Positions 10,608-21,568 of a DNA stretch of 64,000 nucleotides are shown piece after piece. Origin of the DNA: a virus (Duplodnaviria; Caudoviricetes); the IMG/VR virus record IMGVR_UViG_3300011560_000001, positions 96,001 to 160,000 of that record, one strand, 5' to 3'. A model generated the notes under the pieces. It was not told the DNA's origin, ran no database searches, and saw only the letters and a program-made list of their open reading frames with translations. Position numbers and translations under genes: made by a program. Numbering within the stretch: the first letter of the stretch is position 1; every line of letters starts with the position of its first letter.

Positions 10608-12254
10608 ATGGCTAAAGTCAGAGAGCCGTTTAATATTAGTATTTTACACCTCGATAAACAGCAGTTACGTTTTCTCCCCAAGATCACGAGCATGAGCATT
10701 CGTGACCCAAGCACCGGTAATTTCCACGATGATGGTTTCTATTCTTACACCATCTTTGGTAGTGCGGGCAGTGAAGACCGAGACCGTCGATTTGCGGTGA
10801 TTGAATGTAAAGTTGAAATCCTGCATCCTGTCATTTACGACCGTCTCATTCGATTAAAACACCTCTATGGTGATATCATGTCGGGGAAGGCGTACGCTCG
10901 GTGGGATCCTGAACAACGCGACTTCGTTGCGTCTGATGCGTTAACAGGACAGACAGGGTACGGGTTCTTTGCACAACACGTCGCGGATATTAAGTTCGTT
11001 TCAACGGGTTCAGCTCAACGAGAGCTACGAATCAAGGTTGTCGAAGAGAACATGTTCAAAGCGATGACCCGTCACTTACTGGTTTTACCTGCGGGCTTAC
11101 GTGAAATAGAAGTAAAAGAAGGTGGGTATGAAAGCGAGCAAGAAATCACGGAGTTGTATCGTCGTTTCCTTGCAATTTCTAACACCGTCCCTGATGGATT
11201 AAAAGATTATTCCGATCCCGTTTACGACGGTCAACGCTGGAGCTTACAGAGAACATTTAACGATATCTACGCTTTGTTGTTGGATATGTTCCAAGGTAAG
11301 AAAGGGATCTTCCAAGGGAAGTTCGGCTCACGTCGTGTTTGGAACTCAACCCGTAACGTTATTTCGGCAATTAACCCCACAACGGAGGTACTAGGGTCGC
11401 CTAACCAGCCTTCCTGTACCGCAGTTCAGTTAGGGTTATACCAGATGAGCAAAGCCGCCCTACCCGTGACGCAACATGCGTTACGTACCGGTATTTTGCA
11501 GGAAATATTTGTCCGTGATATTACAGAAGTTGAACTTATCGATACCGAAACGATGGAACGTGAACGCGTCACGCTTGATCCAGACACCATCGATGACTTT
11601 ACGACATGGGACGGAATAGAACGTTTATTGAATACCTTAAGCGATCCCGGTGTGCGTAACGAACCTATCATGGTTAATGGACGATATCTTTGTCTTGTCT
11701 ATGTGAACAATGATTCGTTTCGGTTATTCCGTGGTATGAGTGAATTACCTCCGGAGATGCTTAACAAACCTGGTGCGGATGTTCACCCTATCACGTATAC
11801 CGAATTAGTGTATATCGCAGGATATAAGTACTGGAATAACCTGGCTGCGATGGTAACACGTTATCCGGTATCGGGTATGCAATCCGTCATTCCGTTAACC
11901 TGTTACGCGCGTACAACCGTCGCCGCAAAACCGAAAACCGAACTGGATAGTAACTGGGAACCAATAACGGACGAGCGATTTATTGCATGGGAATACCCAG
12001 ATTGGTTACCTAATGCTTCGTTCGTAGAAACGACTATTGTTCCTGCCCCATACCTCGCCGGACTTGGTGGGGACTTTGATGGTGATACGGTCTCGGTTAA
12101 CGTTCTTTATTCCATGGAAGCCATTGACGAAATTACCAACTCGCACAAGAAGCGAGCTTTCTGGGTAAGTGGTAAAAATAAATTCAACATCGATATTGGT
12201 TACGATACGGTTGCGTTCCTATTACGCAACTTAACGGGACCTCGTGGAGCCTAA
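10608..12254 (+). CDS. Virion RNA polymerase beta' subunit carrying the catalytic motif (phiKZ gp180-like)
   Basis: GGDFDGD catalytic motif, GKKGIFQGKFGSRRV and TRYP motifs typical of beta'; SD gaggag before ATG 10608. Confidence 0.9.
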   Translation: MAKVREPFNISILHLDKQQLRFLPKITSMSIRDPSTGNFHDDGFYSYTIFGSAGSEDRDRRFAVIECKVEILHPVIYDRLIRLKHLYGDIMSGKAYARWDPEQRDFVASDALTGQTGYGFFAQHVADIKFVSTGSAQRELRIKVVEENMFKAMTRHLLVLPAGLREIEVKEGGYESEQEITELYRRFLAISNTVPDGLKDYSDPVYDGQRWSLQRTFNDIYALLLDMFQGKKGIFQGKFGSRRVWNSTRNVISAINPTTEVLGSPNQPSCTAVQLGLYQMSKAALPVTQHALRTGILQEIFVRDITEVELIDTETMERERVTLDPDTIDDFTTWDGIERLLNTLSDPGVRNEPIMVNGRYLCLVYVNNDSFRLFRGMSELPPEMLNKPGADVHPITYTELVYIAGYKYWNNLAAMVTRYPVSGMQSVIPLTCYARTTVAAKPKTELDSNWEPITDERFIAWEYPDWLPNASFVETTIVPAPYLAGLGGDFDGDTVSVNVLYSMEAIDEITNSHKKRAFWVSGKNKFNIDIGYDTVAFLLRNLTGPRGA

Positions 12255-12257
12255 CCC

Positions 12258-15200
12258 ATGGCAAAACTTAAATACCTTGATTACTACCGACAGTTTGGTG
12301 TCAGACGCTACCAAGAGCTACTGTCACCGAGATTACGTTTAGTGCAGCTATTGCAGCTGCCGCGTTATGCTGTCTATCATTACACCGCAACGGATCCATC
12401 ATTGATAGGTCCTCCAGAAAACGAATACATGCTGAGTAAAGAAAATGCTCAACTATGGATTTCGTTTGCTGATGATCTCGCAACCAAACAGGGTGCACCT
12501 CGACGTGATCAGCGATTCCAGCTCCCACGAGCGAAATTGGATTATCGTGCATCACATCGTCGTTTTCGTTTGGTTACCGATCTAAGTACGGTGGAGAAAA
12601 ACATCAACGCTCAGATCGTTGCTAACTACGCGCATCTTAACCACATGTACATCTATCGTCCAACGCTCACCCGTTGGTATGATGAATGGTTCAACGTACG
12701 TAAAACAATTTGGTCGAAAGCCAACGAAATCGCACAGCAAAGCGATCGTCAACACTTTTTGTTGTTCCGTATACCGTCAACATTGCCGAAGATTTCGTTG
12801 ATGCGTACCACGCAACAGGCACCGACCCGCAACAACCTCATGAATTTCGCCACGCCGGAGGAGCTGTCGTTCTTTGACTTCTTCCGCTGGTTGGGAACCG
12901 ATCGTGAGAACAGCACGATGGCTTCATTAGACAGAGCCACGCTGGATAAGCTTAACGTTGTATTTACAGACGGTGTGTACTTCTTTACGCTGAATCTCGG
13001 CTTGCTGGAGGAATGGCGTACCGGGCTTGTAAAGGAAGGGGAAGAACTCGACAAAACGACACTTGAAACCTTCCAGCGTCGTTGGATGATGGCGGTAACA
13101 CGTCTGTGGTCGCAGAGCGCGAATGAAGAAGAACAGAAACAAGAAGAGGAACAGGTTCTTCGTCAAGAGCGAGATATTCTTACCGACAACCCGGATGCGG
13201 AGTACGATGATCGCGACGTCGTGCTTCCTAACGGTGAGGATCTGGCCACTGTTCTTGACCCCGATGAGTTAGAAGCGGAGTTGGTTGGTGGGTCGGATGA
13301 AGACGATGACGCTGATGCATGGAACGCCGTTGTAGAACGCACGTTCGAAGATGTCCGTGAAGTACCCGGGGTAGAAGTACAACCGGATTTCCAACCCGAT
13401 GAAGATCAGGACATTACCGACGATCTCTTCGAAGTCGTTACCGACGATACCGAAGAAGAAAAGGTTGATGTCTTTGATGCAGCAACGTTACCAAAAACAC
13501 ACGGTGAGTATATTCAGTCGTTATCGGATGCGGTGTTGGTACGCGCGAGCGATCTGGCGGATGCGGGTCAGTTAAGCGGCGTCCAATATAAAGCAGCGAT
13601 GCGTAATGCTGACGCTATCCACGAAATCGAAGCACCCGACGGTTCTGGATTAACACTTGCTGAGTATGTTGAAGTTAAACCAAAAGCCGCGAAATTAGCT
13701 CCTGCAAAGGTTATGCCGGAAGCGGATGTTATCGTCGATAAGAGCTTATGTAAATCGACGCTTGCGGTGTGGGATAAACATTACGTCGAACATGTAATGC
13801 AAAAGGACATCGCAGCTGCCGTTGTTGCGGTACAGCAAGCGGGTTACCCTGTTACGGGTTATAAAGTCGAAGATGTTGTTGACGTGATGGGCGATTATCA
13901 AGTCATCACGATTAAACTGGCTCCCGTAGGCGGTGTCCCGACCACGTTCCCGGTGATGCTGCCGAAGGTTCGTAAGGACGGCATTTATGTCGTTAACGGC
14001 ATTAAGTACCGGATGCGTAAACAACGCGTCGATAAACCTATTAGAAAGGTATCGTCATCTGAAGTTGCGTTGAGTACCGCCTACGGTAAGGTGTTTGTTA
14101 AACGTTCAGAGCGCGTCGTTAATAACGCAGGTCGTTGGCTAACACGTCAACTTACGGCGATGTATTACGATAAGTCCTCACCCCTAACCACGTTAAAACG
14201 CGGTAACGTCTTTGATCCGGCTGTCAAAGTTCCGTACTACTTCGCTGTGCTTGCACGCAATTATACCCAAATCCAATTTGCTGATTGGGATATACGTCTC
14301 GATATAAAAACGCTGCCGGAGTTCATTGGGGAAGATCGGTTCAACGAGCAGTTAGCCGAAGGGCTCCTGACGTTTGCGCGTAACACGTTGGGTGAATTCT
14401 TAGCGATCGATGAACGCAATCAGCTCTATATCTGTCAGTCAGGACAAACACCAACACCTGTAGGGACGTTCCCCGATTTCTTTGGGATCAATGCAGCTAA
14501 GATGCCGATCGAAGCCGCCGATCTTGAATTCATGGGTGTACGTATTCCGGTTGGCGTCGTTCTAAGTTATCTGGGTGGACTTACCCCGTTATTAGAACAT
14601 CTTAAAGCAAACTATCGTACTGTTCCTCGCGGCTCTCGTATGGGGTTAGCACCCGATGAATTCGCGGTGAGCTTTGACGACGAAAGTTTGATCTTCAGTA
14701 AAGACGATCGCATGACGACGTTGTTGCTGGGTGGGTTTAACGAGTACCGTAACTACATTGGTTACGCTCGCGGCGCTTTTGACAATCGAGATATCTATTT
14801 TAACGTTGTCGATGGTGCTGGACTTAAGGTTCGTCATTTACGCGAACTTGAACTCATGGAGCGTCTTTTCGTTGATCCGGTAAGCCGTACGTTGCTACAG
14901 AACATGGGAGAACCTACCGATTTCGCCATGTTGTTACTGCGTGCTGTTGAACTGCTTCTGGATGACTGGGCACCTAACACCAACGATGTGAACTACCAAC
15001 GTTTTAAAACGTACGATAAGTTCGCTGAATTGGTGTATAAGGACCTGGTTGGTGCTATTCGTCAGAATGAGAACAGCAGTCAAGGAAATCGCCAGAAAAT
15101 CTCAATCAGTCCGGTGAGCGTTTGGAACCAAATCCTTGACGACAGTGCTTCCATCGTCATTGATGAAACCAACCCAATGCTGGATATCAAGCAAGGTGAA

Positions 15201-15464
15201 GAAGCAACGATGACCGGTATCGGGGGTCGTTCAAAGACATCGCTTCGACGTGCACGCGATCGTGAATACGACAAATCAGACATCGGTGTGGTATCTGAAG
15301 GTACGAAAGACAGTGGGGATGTAGGTATCTCTGCTTATCTTGCACCTAACGCAAACATTGTGTCTGTATACGGTGAAACGAAACCTTACGACGAGAAAAC
15401 GGATGGTAGCTCGTCAATAATGAGTACATCAGCACTTGCAGTACCTGCTGCTGATAGAGATGAT
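12258..15464 (+). CDS. Virion RNA polymerase beta subunit (phiKZ gp178-like), exon 1
   Basis: 1069 codons with beta motifs (DGIYVVNG, GIGGRS, SEGTKDSGDVG); ends ...PAADRDD, matching bacterial beta PFLEHDD(ANR), where the intron starts. Confidence 0.9.
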
Positions 15465-17047
15465 TAAGGCTTCATTGTAAACAGAATTAAGGCTATATTA
15501 CGAAAGTGTAGTTAGTTTCACTGCACAAGAGGAATATAGTCAATGAGTGAGAAGGTATTTAAGACCGTAACGGAATTCCCATTCCTGGAGATATCCATAG
15601 ATGGAACATTGCGTAACAAGGAATCGAAGTTTGAATACTTGCCCATCATCATTGCTGGATATTATCGTTATTCGTTTCGAGGTCATGATGGAACACTGGT
15701 TTACCGTTCCATGCATAGACTTCTAATGTTAACGTTCCGGAACATCGATGATGCGCATTTGCTCCATGTGAACCACAAGGACGGCAACAGACTTAATAAC
15801 TACCTTGATCCCGACGGTAACACCGAGAATGACAATCTTGAATGGGTTACGCAGAAAGAGAACAACCAGCATGCTCGCATTATGAACATGCGTAAACGTT
15901 CAATTGCTGCCTACGGTAAACCTATTCAGGTTCGTGATGTTGATACCGGTGTTGTAACCAGATATCCATCCATGACGGAAGCGGCACGCGATCTTGGTGT
16001 GAATATCGACTTCATTCATCATCGTGTCTATAGAGGCAAACAGCGAGCGTTTCCTGAACGTAAGCAGTACCGCAAAGATTACGGCGATGAACCGTGGCGT
16101 ATTCCTACCAAATACGAGTTAGCAACGTTGACGGATACGGGAAGTAAGGGTGTGATTGCAAGGTCAACGATAACAAAAGAGATTCATCTTTTCGAATCAT
16201 TGACTGAATTCGCGAATCACATTGGTGTTAAGTTATCCACTGCGTCGATGTACGTTAACGACAAGAACCAACCTGTCGTTAATGGTTGTTATCAAGTTAA
16301 GTGGGTTACTGATGAGACGCCATGGCGAGAAGTCGAAGATAGTATCCTGGAGTTGGAGAAGACAACCAACAAACGTGCTATTGTCGTCATTCCTGAAAAT
16401 GATGTACCTCTGTTGTACCTTTCGGCCGTCGATTGCGCTGAAGAAATGGGTATATCTACCACGTTACTCAATTACCGTTTGAAGTCCGATGGGATGACTA
16501 AATTTCCTGATGGAAAACGCTATATTTACTATTCTGTTTACAAAGAGCGGGTCCGTTTATACGGTGACGTATGGACGAGATTCATTGAATTGCGGGGACG
16601 CCCAATGCTGCCTTCAGCCAAAGCGGAAACGGAAACGTTAGACGTGCGAGAAGCGAGACGTATTGCTCGTAAAGCAGGCTTTAAAAATGAAGAGTTGACC
16701 GCGACAAAAGTTCGTGGTCCGCAGGCCAAGGGTAATCCGCAGCCAATCGCCTAAGGATCGTTGTGAAACGTTCTAGGGTGACGGTTCAACGACTAAGGGA
16801 TTCATCCCCCTGTACCCCTCGAGTGAGGCATTCTCCTTGGATAAGAGAATGGCGCTGGATGCGCTGGGAAGAAGTGAACTCTCGTTGAGGTGCTGAAGAA
16901 GCACCGTTTGAAACGAGATGTGATATAGTCTGCTCTTGCGTGAGAACGTAAGCGGGAGGTGATGCGCCTATCATCACCTCCGGGATAAGGCTAACGACCT
17001 TATCTGAACAATCCAGACGCACAGTAATTGTATTTTGCTGGATTTCG
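15465..17047 (+). mobile_element. Group I self-splicing intron (1583 nt) in the vRNAP beta gene, carrying a homing endonuclease
   Basis: Exon ends in U, intron starts TAA and ends in G; core elements P aattgcgggga (~16588), Q aatccgcagc (16734), R gttcaacgacta (16784), S gatatagtc (16922); splicing restores DRDD|PKRLVFIG in frame. Confidence 0.9.
15543..16754 (+). CDS. Intron-encoded HNH homing endonuclease with three C-terminal HTH (NUMOD1/IENR1-like) repeats
   Basis: HRL...HVNHKDGNRLNN...NLEWVTQKENNQHA HNH signature; repeats YPSMTEAARDLGV, FESLTEFANHIGV, YLSAVDCAEEMGI; SD gagga. Confidence 0.9.
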   Translation: MSEKVFKTVTEFPFLEISIDGTLRNKESKFEYLPIIIAGYYRYSFRGHDGTLVYRSMHRLLMLTFRNIDDAHLLHVNHKDGNRLNNYLDPDGNTENDNLEWVTQKENNQHARIMNMRKRSIAAYGKPIQVRDVDTGVVTRYPSMTEAARDLGVNIDFIHHRVYRGKQRAFPERKQYRKDYGDEPWRIPTKYELATLTDTGSKGVIARSTITKEIHLFESLTEFANHIGVKLSTASMYVNDKNQPVVNGCYQVKWVTDETPWREVEDSILELEKTTNKRAIVVIPENDVPLLYLSAVDCAEEMGISTTLLNYRLKSDGMTKFPDGKRYIYYSVYKERVRLYGDVWTRFIELRGRPMLPSAKAETETLDVREARRIARKAGFKNEELTATKVRGPQAKGNPQPIA

Positions 17048-18187
17048 CCAAAGCGTCTCGTATTTATAGGTATCCAACACAACCGCATGATTGCTGCTGA
17101 AGGTTACGATGTACAACCGTGGCGTACTGGTGGCGAGACTGTCATCGCGCATCGTGTTGGTAAACTCTTCGCAGCAGCTGCCCAAGGCGACGGTGTTGTT
17201 AAGAAGGTCACCAAAACTGCGCTTACGATACAATACGACGATCCAGAGTTAGGGGAAGAGGTTTTCCAGCTCGGTACGATAATCGGGAAAGGACCAGGTA
17301 AGTATTATCCTCACGATCTCATTACCGATTATAAAGTCGGGGATCGCGTTAAGGATCAGGATGTGGTGGTCTTCCATCGTCTTTATTTTAAACGCGATTG
17401 GTGGAACCCAGGTCAGGTTGTTTGGCGCGCAGGTGTTCTGTCTCTTGTCGGTATTCTGGATATTCCAGAGACCCACGAGGACAGTTCGTATATCTTCGAC
17501 AATCTTGCTGATCGTCTCGTAACACCATCGATTAAGAGCCGTACGCTCATCGTTGACGCCCATCTCAACATTCGCGGTCTCGTGAAAATCGGCGATCATG
17601 TTGAACCTCGAACGATCCTTGCAACACTGGAAGAACCGATTGCAACCGATCTGAGCGATGAGAGTCAGGAAGCCGTTGAAGCATTACGTCGTATGAGTCA
17701 GTATAACCCACGTGCCGACGTTCATGGTGAAGTTGTACAGATCGATGTATTGTACCGCGCTCAGATTGAGGATATGAGTGAAACCATGGCGGCGCTCGTC
17801 GGTGAAGCGGATAAAGCACGAGCTAAACGCGTCAAGGAACTGAAACTCAACGAAGCAACTACGGGGCGTATCAATAACAGTAACGTGAGAATAGACGGTA
17901 ATCCGTTAGGCGAGAACCAGATCGCCATCCGTATTTTCATGCGTTACGACCTTGGTGCGGGGATGGGTGATAAAGGTACCTTCGCAGCACAAGCGAAATC
18001 CGTTGTCTCTTCCGTGGGTCATGGTGTGAACAAAACCGAAGACGGGCACACCCTTGATGCTATCTTCAGTGGCACCAGTATCGCTAACCGTATCATCGGT
18101 TCACCGGAAGTGGTTGGGACTGTGAATCTTGGTCTCCTCTACGCGACGGAACGAGCTGTTGATATTTACTTTAACGACGCTAAATAA
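17048..18187 (+). CDS. Virion RNA polymerase beta subunit, exon 2
   Basis: Begins cca aag cgt (PKR) right after the terminal G; in frame with the 17087 ORF; beta motifs HEDS and GDKG...AQAKSVVS; spliced protein is 1448 aa. Confidence 0.9.
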   Translation, partial: PKRLVFIGIQHNRMIAAEGYDVQPWRTGGETVIAHRVGKLFAAAAQGDGVVKKVTKTALTIQYDDPELGEEVFQLGTIIGKGPGKYYPHDLITDYKVGDRVKDQDVVVFHRLYFKRDWWNPGQVVWRAGVLSLVGILDIPETHEDSSYIFDNLADRLVTPSIKSRTLIVDAHLNIRGLVKIGDHVEPRTILATLEEPIATDLSDESQEAVEALRRMSQYNPRADVHGEVVQIDVLYRAQIEDMSETMAALVGEADKARAKRVKELKLNEATTGRINNSNVRIDGNPLGENQIAIRIFMRYDLGAGMGDKGTFAAQAKSVVSSVGHGVNKTEDGHTLDAIFSGTSIANRIIGSPEVVGTVNLGLLYATERAVDIYFNDAK

Positions 18188-18222
18188 GAGCAGGGGGCTT
18201 CATGCCCCCGCTCGTTTATTTC
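18188..18222 (+). terminator. Terminator hairpin after the vRNAP genes
   Basis: gagcagggg-gcttcatg-cccc-gctc hairpin followed by gtttattt. Confidence 0.55.
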
Positions 18223-18288
18223 GCTGAACGCAGTACCTTCTTGACGTATGTCAAGAATGCGATGCTCTGACATTAAAAGGAAAAGTGA

Positions 18289-18522
18289 ATGAACCAAGAA
18301 CAACTTAACACGGCTCGGGCAGCGAGCTTTGTTGCGCTGACGAACGCGGTAACGTTGGTTGCTGAGGTCGTACGTCAAACCGTTGGTAACGATGCCGCCG
18401 ATCCTGACGTGAACAAAAAGGTTATGCCGTTGGGATTGGAAGATGCGGTTGCAGCACGCTTAAACAGCCGTCTGGAAACCAAAGAACCCGTAGGTAGTAA
18501 TGCGTTGGAGGGAGCGCAGTAA
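18289..18522 (+). CDS. Small hypothetical protein
   Basis: 77 aa, SD aagga; stop overlaps the next start (taatg). Confidence 0.7.
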   Translation: MNQEQLNTARAASFVALTNAVTLVAEVVRQTVGNDAADPDVNKKVMPLGLEDAVAARLNSRLETKEPVGSNALEGAQ

Positions 18523-20045
18523 TGATCACCAATAAAACCGTTTATGCTGTTGAACCCATTGTCGAAGGGTTTATCAAACGTAATCAAATCGTCGCTGCCA
18601 TTCCGGGCACGCCGTTAGCCGCGGTTTGTGAAACCATGCATTGGAACCAGCCGCCGGAAGACGCGGATGCGTTGGTGCAGCTTAGTGCTGAACGTATGGT
18701 TGTTGCTGAAACACTTGATGAAACCGAAGATGGCGCTGTAGCACCTGCCAGCGAACGCGAGGTTTATATCCACGATGAAGTTTTACAGACCGCAGTTCAA
18801 GACGTGGTGGAAAAAGTGGTGTATGCCAAAGAGTTGGCGCGTAATACCATCCTGCCGAAATGCCGTGCGCTGTACCCGGAACTGGAAAAACGCATCGATT
18901 CGATCATCCTGGCACCGAAACTGATCCCGACGGTAAGCCTGAGTTACTATCCTGAGTTTTATAACTCCGAAGAGTACCAGGCATTAGTTAGCGATTATGA
19001 TCTCAACGGCTTGATTTCGATTAATAACGATTTCACCCCAACCGAAAAGCTCGCATTTATCACCGGCGATAAGCTGCGTACGTTGCTGTATACCGGTAAT
19101 GAAAACCTGGATCGTTTTGTACAGCAAGCAACGGAAGGGATGAGCGATCAGGCGCTGGAAGACATCTACAACTATTTCTTCCGTGGCTCCGCGCCTTCTT
19201 CGAACACCACCGCTTATCTGATTACGTACCCAGATAGCGATAACGTTGCATTCCATGGTTCGCGCGCTGCGGCAACTCCTGCATTCCTCTGCTATATGTG
19301 GGCCGTTAACCTGCTGGAAGATATCCAGGACGGCAACGACATGATGCTTGAAAACTACCGCGCTAAAATGCAACAAGCTCGTGCTGCGGCGATCAACGGG
19401 ATGGCGCGCGTCGGTCGTGATCGTATTCTGCGTATGGAGCGTGGCGAGCTGATTCTTTCTGCGCCGTCAGCTTCCCAGATTCAACGTGCTGAAGACGCGT
19501 CAACGATGACGATTTTCGTTAATGCGGATGTCTACATGGGTTATCTGCAAGAAGGTGGTTCGCCGGAAGCACTAACCGCAGCTGTCCTGTTAGAACGCGA
19601 ACTCATCAGTAAAGACGAACTGTTGGCTAACGGTGCGGGCTTCATGCAGCATTACCGTAACTACATCAACATGAAAGCCAGCCAGCAAGCCGCAAACCGC
19701 TTACGCGCATACGCGTTGGCATTGCAGGGTGTATTTGCTGACCTGATTACGGTGGACCTCGATGAAGATACCCGTAAGAAGGTTATGGAAATCGTACGTG
19801 GTGAAGTTGCTACTCTTACCGATACCGACGTAGCTAATTTCCAGCAGTATTTCCGCACGCTGTACGTGAAAACCATGCATCATGAAGACGCTCAAGGCGT
19901 TAACCGTCTCATCGACGAGATCGATTTGATTATGCGTGAACGTCCTGAACTCACGGTATTCGAAGCAGCGACCATCGCAACAATGCATCTGACCACCGAT
20001 TACGTGGCCCAGCAGCTTTACGTTATCCAGATTAGCGAGGTGTAA
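18522..20045 (+). CDS. Putative virion (head) structural protein
   Basis: 507-aa ORF, translationally coupled, near the prohead protease. Confidence 0.55.
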   Translation: MITNKTVYAVEPIVEGFIKRNQIVAAIPGTPLAAVCETMHWNQPPEDADALVQLSAERMVVAETLDETEDGAVAPASEREVYIHDEVLQTAVQDVVEKVVYAKELARNTILPKCRALYPELEKRIDSIILAPKLIPTVSLSYYPEFYNSEEYQALVSDYDLNGLISINNDFTPTEKLAFITGDKLRTLLYTGNENLDRFVQQATEGMSDQALEDIYNYFFRGSAPSSNTTAYLITYPDSDNVAFHGSRAAATPAFLCYMWAVNLLEDIQDGNDMMLENYRAKMQQARAAAINGMARVGRDRILRMERGELILSAPSASQIQRAEDASTMTIFVNADVYMGYLQEGGSPEALTAAVLLERELISKDELLANGAGFMQHYRNYINMKASQQAANRLRAYALALQGVFADLITVDLDEDTRKKVMEIVRGEVATLTDTDVANFQQYFRTLYVKTMHHEDAQGVNRLIDEIDLIMRERPELTVFEAATIATMHLTTDYVAQQLYVIQISEV

Positions 20046-20756
20046 ATGGCGCTTGTCCGCAACGGTGCTGCGGTGCTTGCGGACTGGGACATACAAGAAG
20101 ATAAATCTGTTGTTACTCGTGGCGGGTGTTCGATTCTGACACCCGTCCGTTACGAGGGATTGGGTTTATCTATCATCGGGAGTGAGAACCGGGTTTGTGC
20201 GTGCTGCCCGATTATTCTTCCTGATGGTCAGTATGGTGTCAGCCACGCATTGACCCAGCTCCATATCGACCCGTCTGACATCCGTGAGATTACCATGGAT
20301 GGTCAGCCGTTTTATGAATTTGTGTTTCTTCCCGGCGACACGGTGTTGGTGTCAACCGATGTCGTGATGCGAAACTCTTTCCCATGGCTGATGTATAACG
20401 AGATCTATACGCTCGGTAAAGTGCCGTGGTGGTACACTGAAAAAGAAAAATATCAGCTGCTCTATACGTCAGCGAAATTGGCTGGTGTTAAATTGAATGC
20501 GGATAGCAGCATCTATTCTGTTCTGGCTTCTATCACCACACGTGACCCCAACGATCGTCGTCGAGCATGGCGTTTGCTTTCGGATGAGGAACGCAGCACG
20601 TTAAAAGCCATCGATATCGGATTACGAAACATTATCGATAGTGGTACAAACACCATCACCAACTTAATGGGTGGCTACGTGAATAACGCAATCGATAGTA
20701 GTTTGGTTTATCCTGCAGATACGATCAGCGAAACAGAAGCGATTCTGAGGGGGTGA
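20046..20756 (+). CDS. Conserved phiKZ-like hypothetical/virion protein
   Basis: 236-aa ORF, SD gaggtg, same operon. Confidence 0.6.
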   Translation: MALVRNGAAVLADWDIQEDKSVVTRGGCSILTPVRYEGLGLSIIGSENRVCACCPIILPDGQYGVSHALTQLHIDPSDIREITMDGQPFYEFVFLPGDTVLVSTDVVMRNSFPWLMYNEIYTLGKVPWWYTEKEKYQLLYTSAKLAGVKLNADSSIYSVLASITTRDPNDRRRAWRLLSDEERSTLKAIDIGLRNIIDSGTNTITNLMGGYVNNAIDSSLVYPADTISETEAILRG

Positions 20757-20757
20757 T

Positions 20758-21489
20758 ATGTTATCGTCTATCGAGACTATTGTCCCAAGAGCGATTATGG
20801 AACGTTGTGCGTGGGTGCCGAGTAAAACGCTTCCTTTCGGTTTATTGCATATCAGCACCGATACCGAACTGAAAACGATGATGCCACGTATCCCTCAACG
20901 CACCTTGCGTATGGAAGACGGGTCGTTTCCAAGGATCTGTGTATCCAGCAGTTTGATGGGGTGTATATACGGATACAGTACCGCAATCAGGCAGTACTAT
21001 TCCGGTGGTCACTTAGCCCATTGGTTAGGTGGGTACGTTATCTATCGTGTTCCGTTTGATATCGCCTTACGCCCACACCGTACGTTGTTATCCGATGTTG
21101 ATATTAGCGACGAACATTGGTTGTTTCACGATCCGCGTTATCCAAACGGGTACCAAACCGAGCGTATCGGAGAATGTTTTATCGCGGCTGTTCCCAAAGG
21201 GAAGATTACAGATAGCGATGGAAAGGAAAACTCTGTTACGACAGAATGTCCGGTGTTTTATATCCATGCGGAGGTTGACAACGTTCCGTTATGGTTGCGT
21301 CAAGGTGAGTTTCTGGTGGTAAAGAAAGGTTATTACCGGATGCAAATTAATCATTACGATCATCGCTTAGGCGTGATGGATTTCTCTAATGTGTCTGTTT
21401 CACGGATAACGTTAGAGAAATATCTGGCAGCCAAAGACGACGCGTTGGTACTATTGGGGCATCAGTGCGCCGGATCGTATGAATGGTGA
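20758..21489 (+). CDS. Hypothetical protein
   Basis: 243-aa ORF; PRIP...PRICVS motif seen in phage hypotheticals. Confidence 0.6.
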   Translation: MLSSIETIVPRAIMERCAWVPSKTLPFGLLHISTDTELKTMMPRIPQRTLRMEDGSFPRICVSSSLMGCIYGYSTAIRQYYSGGHLAHWLGGYVIYRVPFDIALRPHRTLLSDVDISDEHWLFHDPRYPNGYQTERIGECFIAAVPKGKITDSDGKENSVTTECPVFYIHAEVDNVPLWLRQGEFLVVKKGYYRMQINHYDHRLGVMDFSNVSVSRITLEKYLAAKDDALVLLGHQCAGSYEW

Positions 21490-21568
21490 TATAACGCTTA
21501 CGCGTCGCCTTCTTGACGTAAACGTGGGAAGGTAACGCTTTTTTCATTCAGTTGCTTATAAAGGGGTT

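Noticed and set aside
12258-18187. vRNAP beta as two separate genes
   Set aside because: Intron core motifs and the in-frame DD|PKR junction indicate one spliced gene
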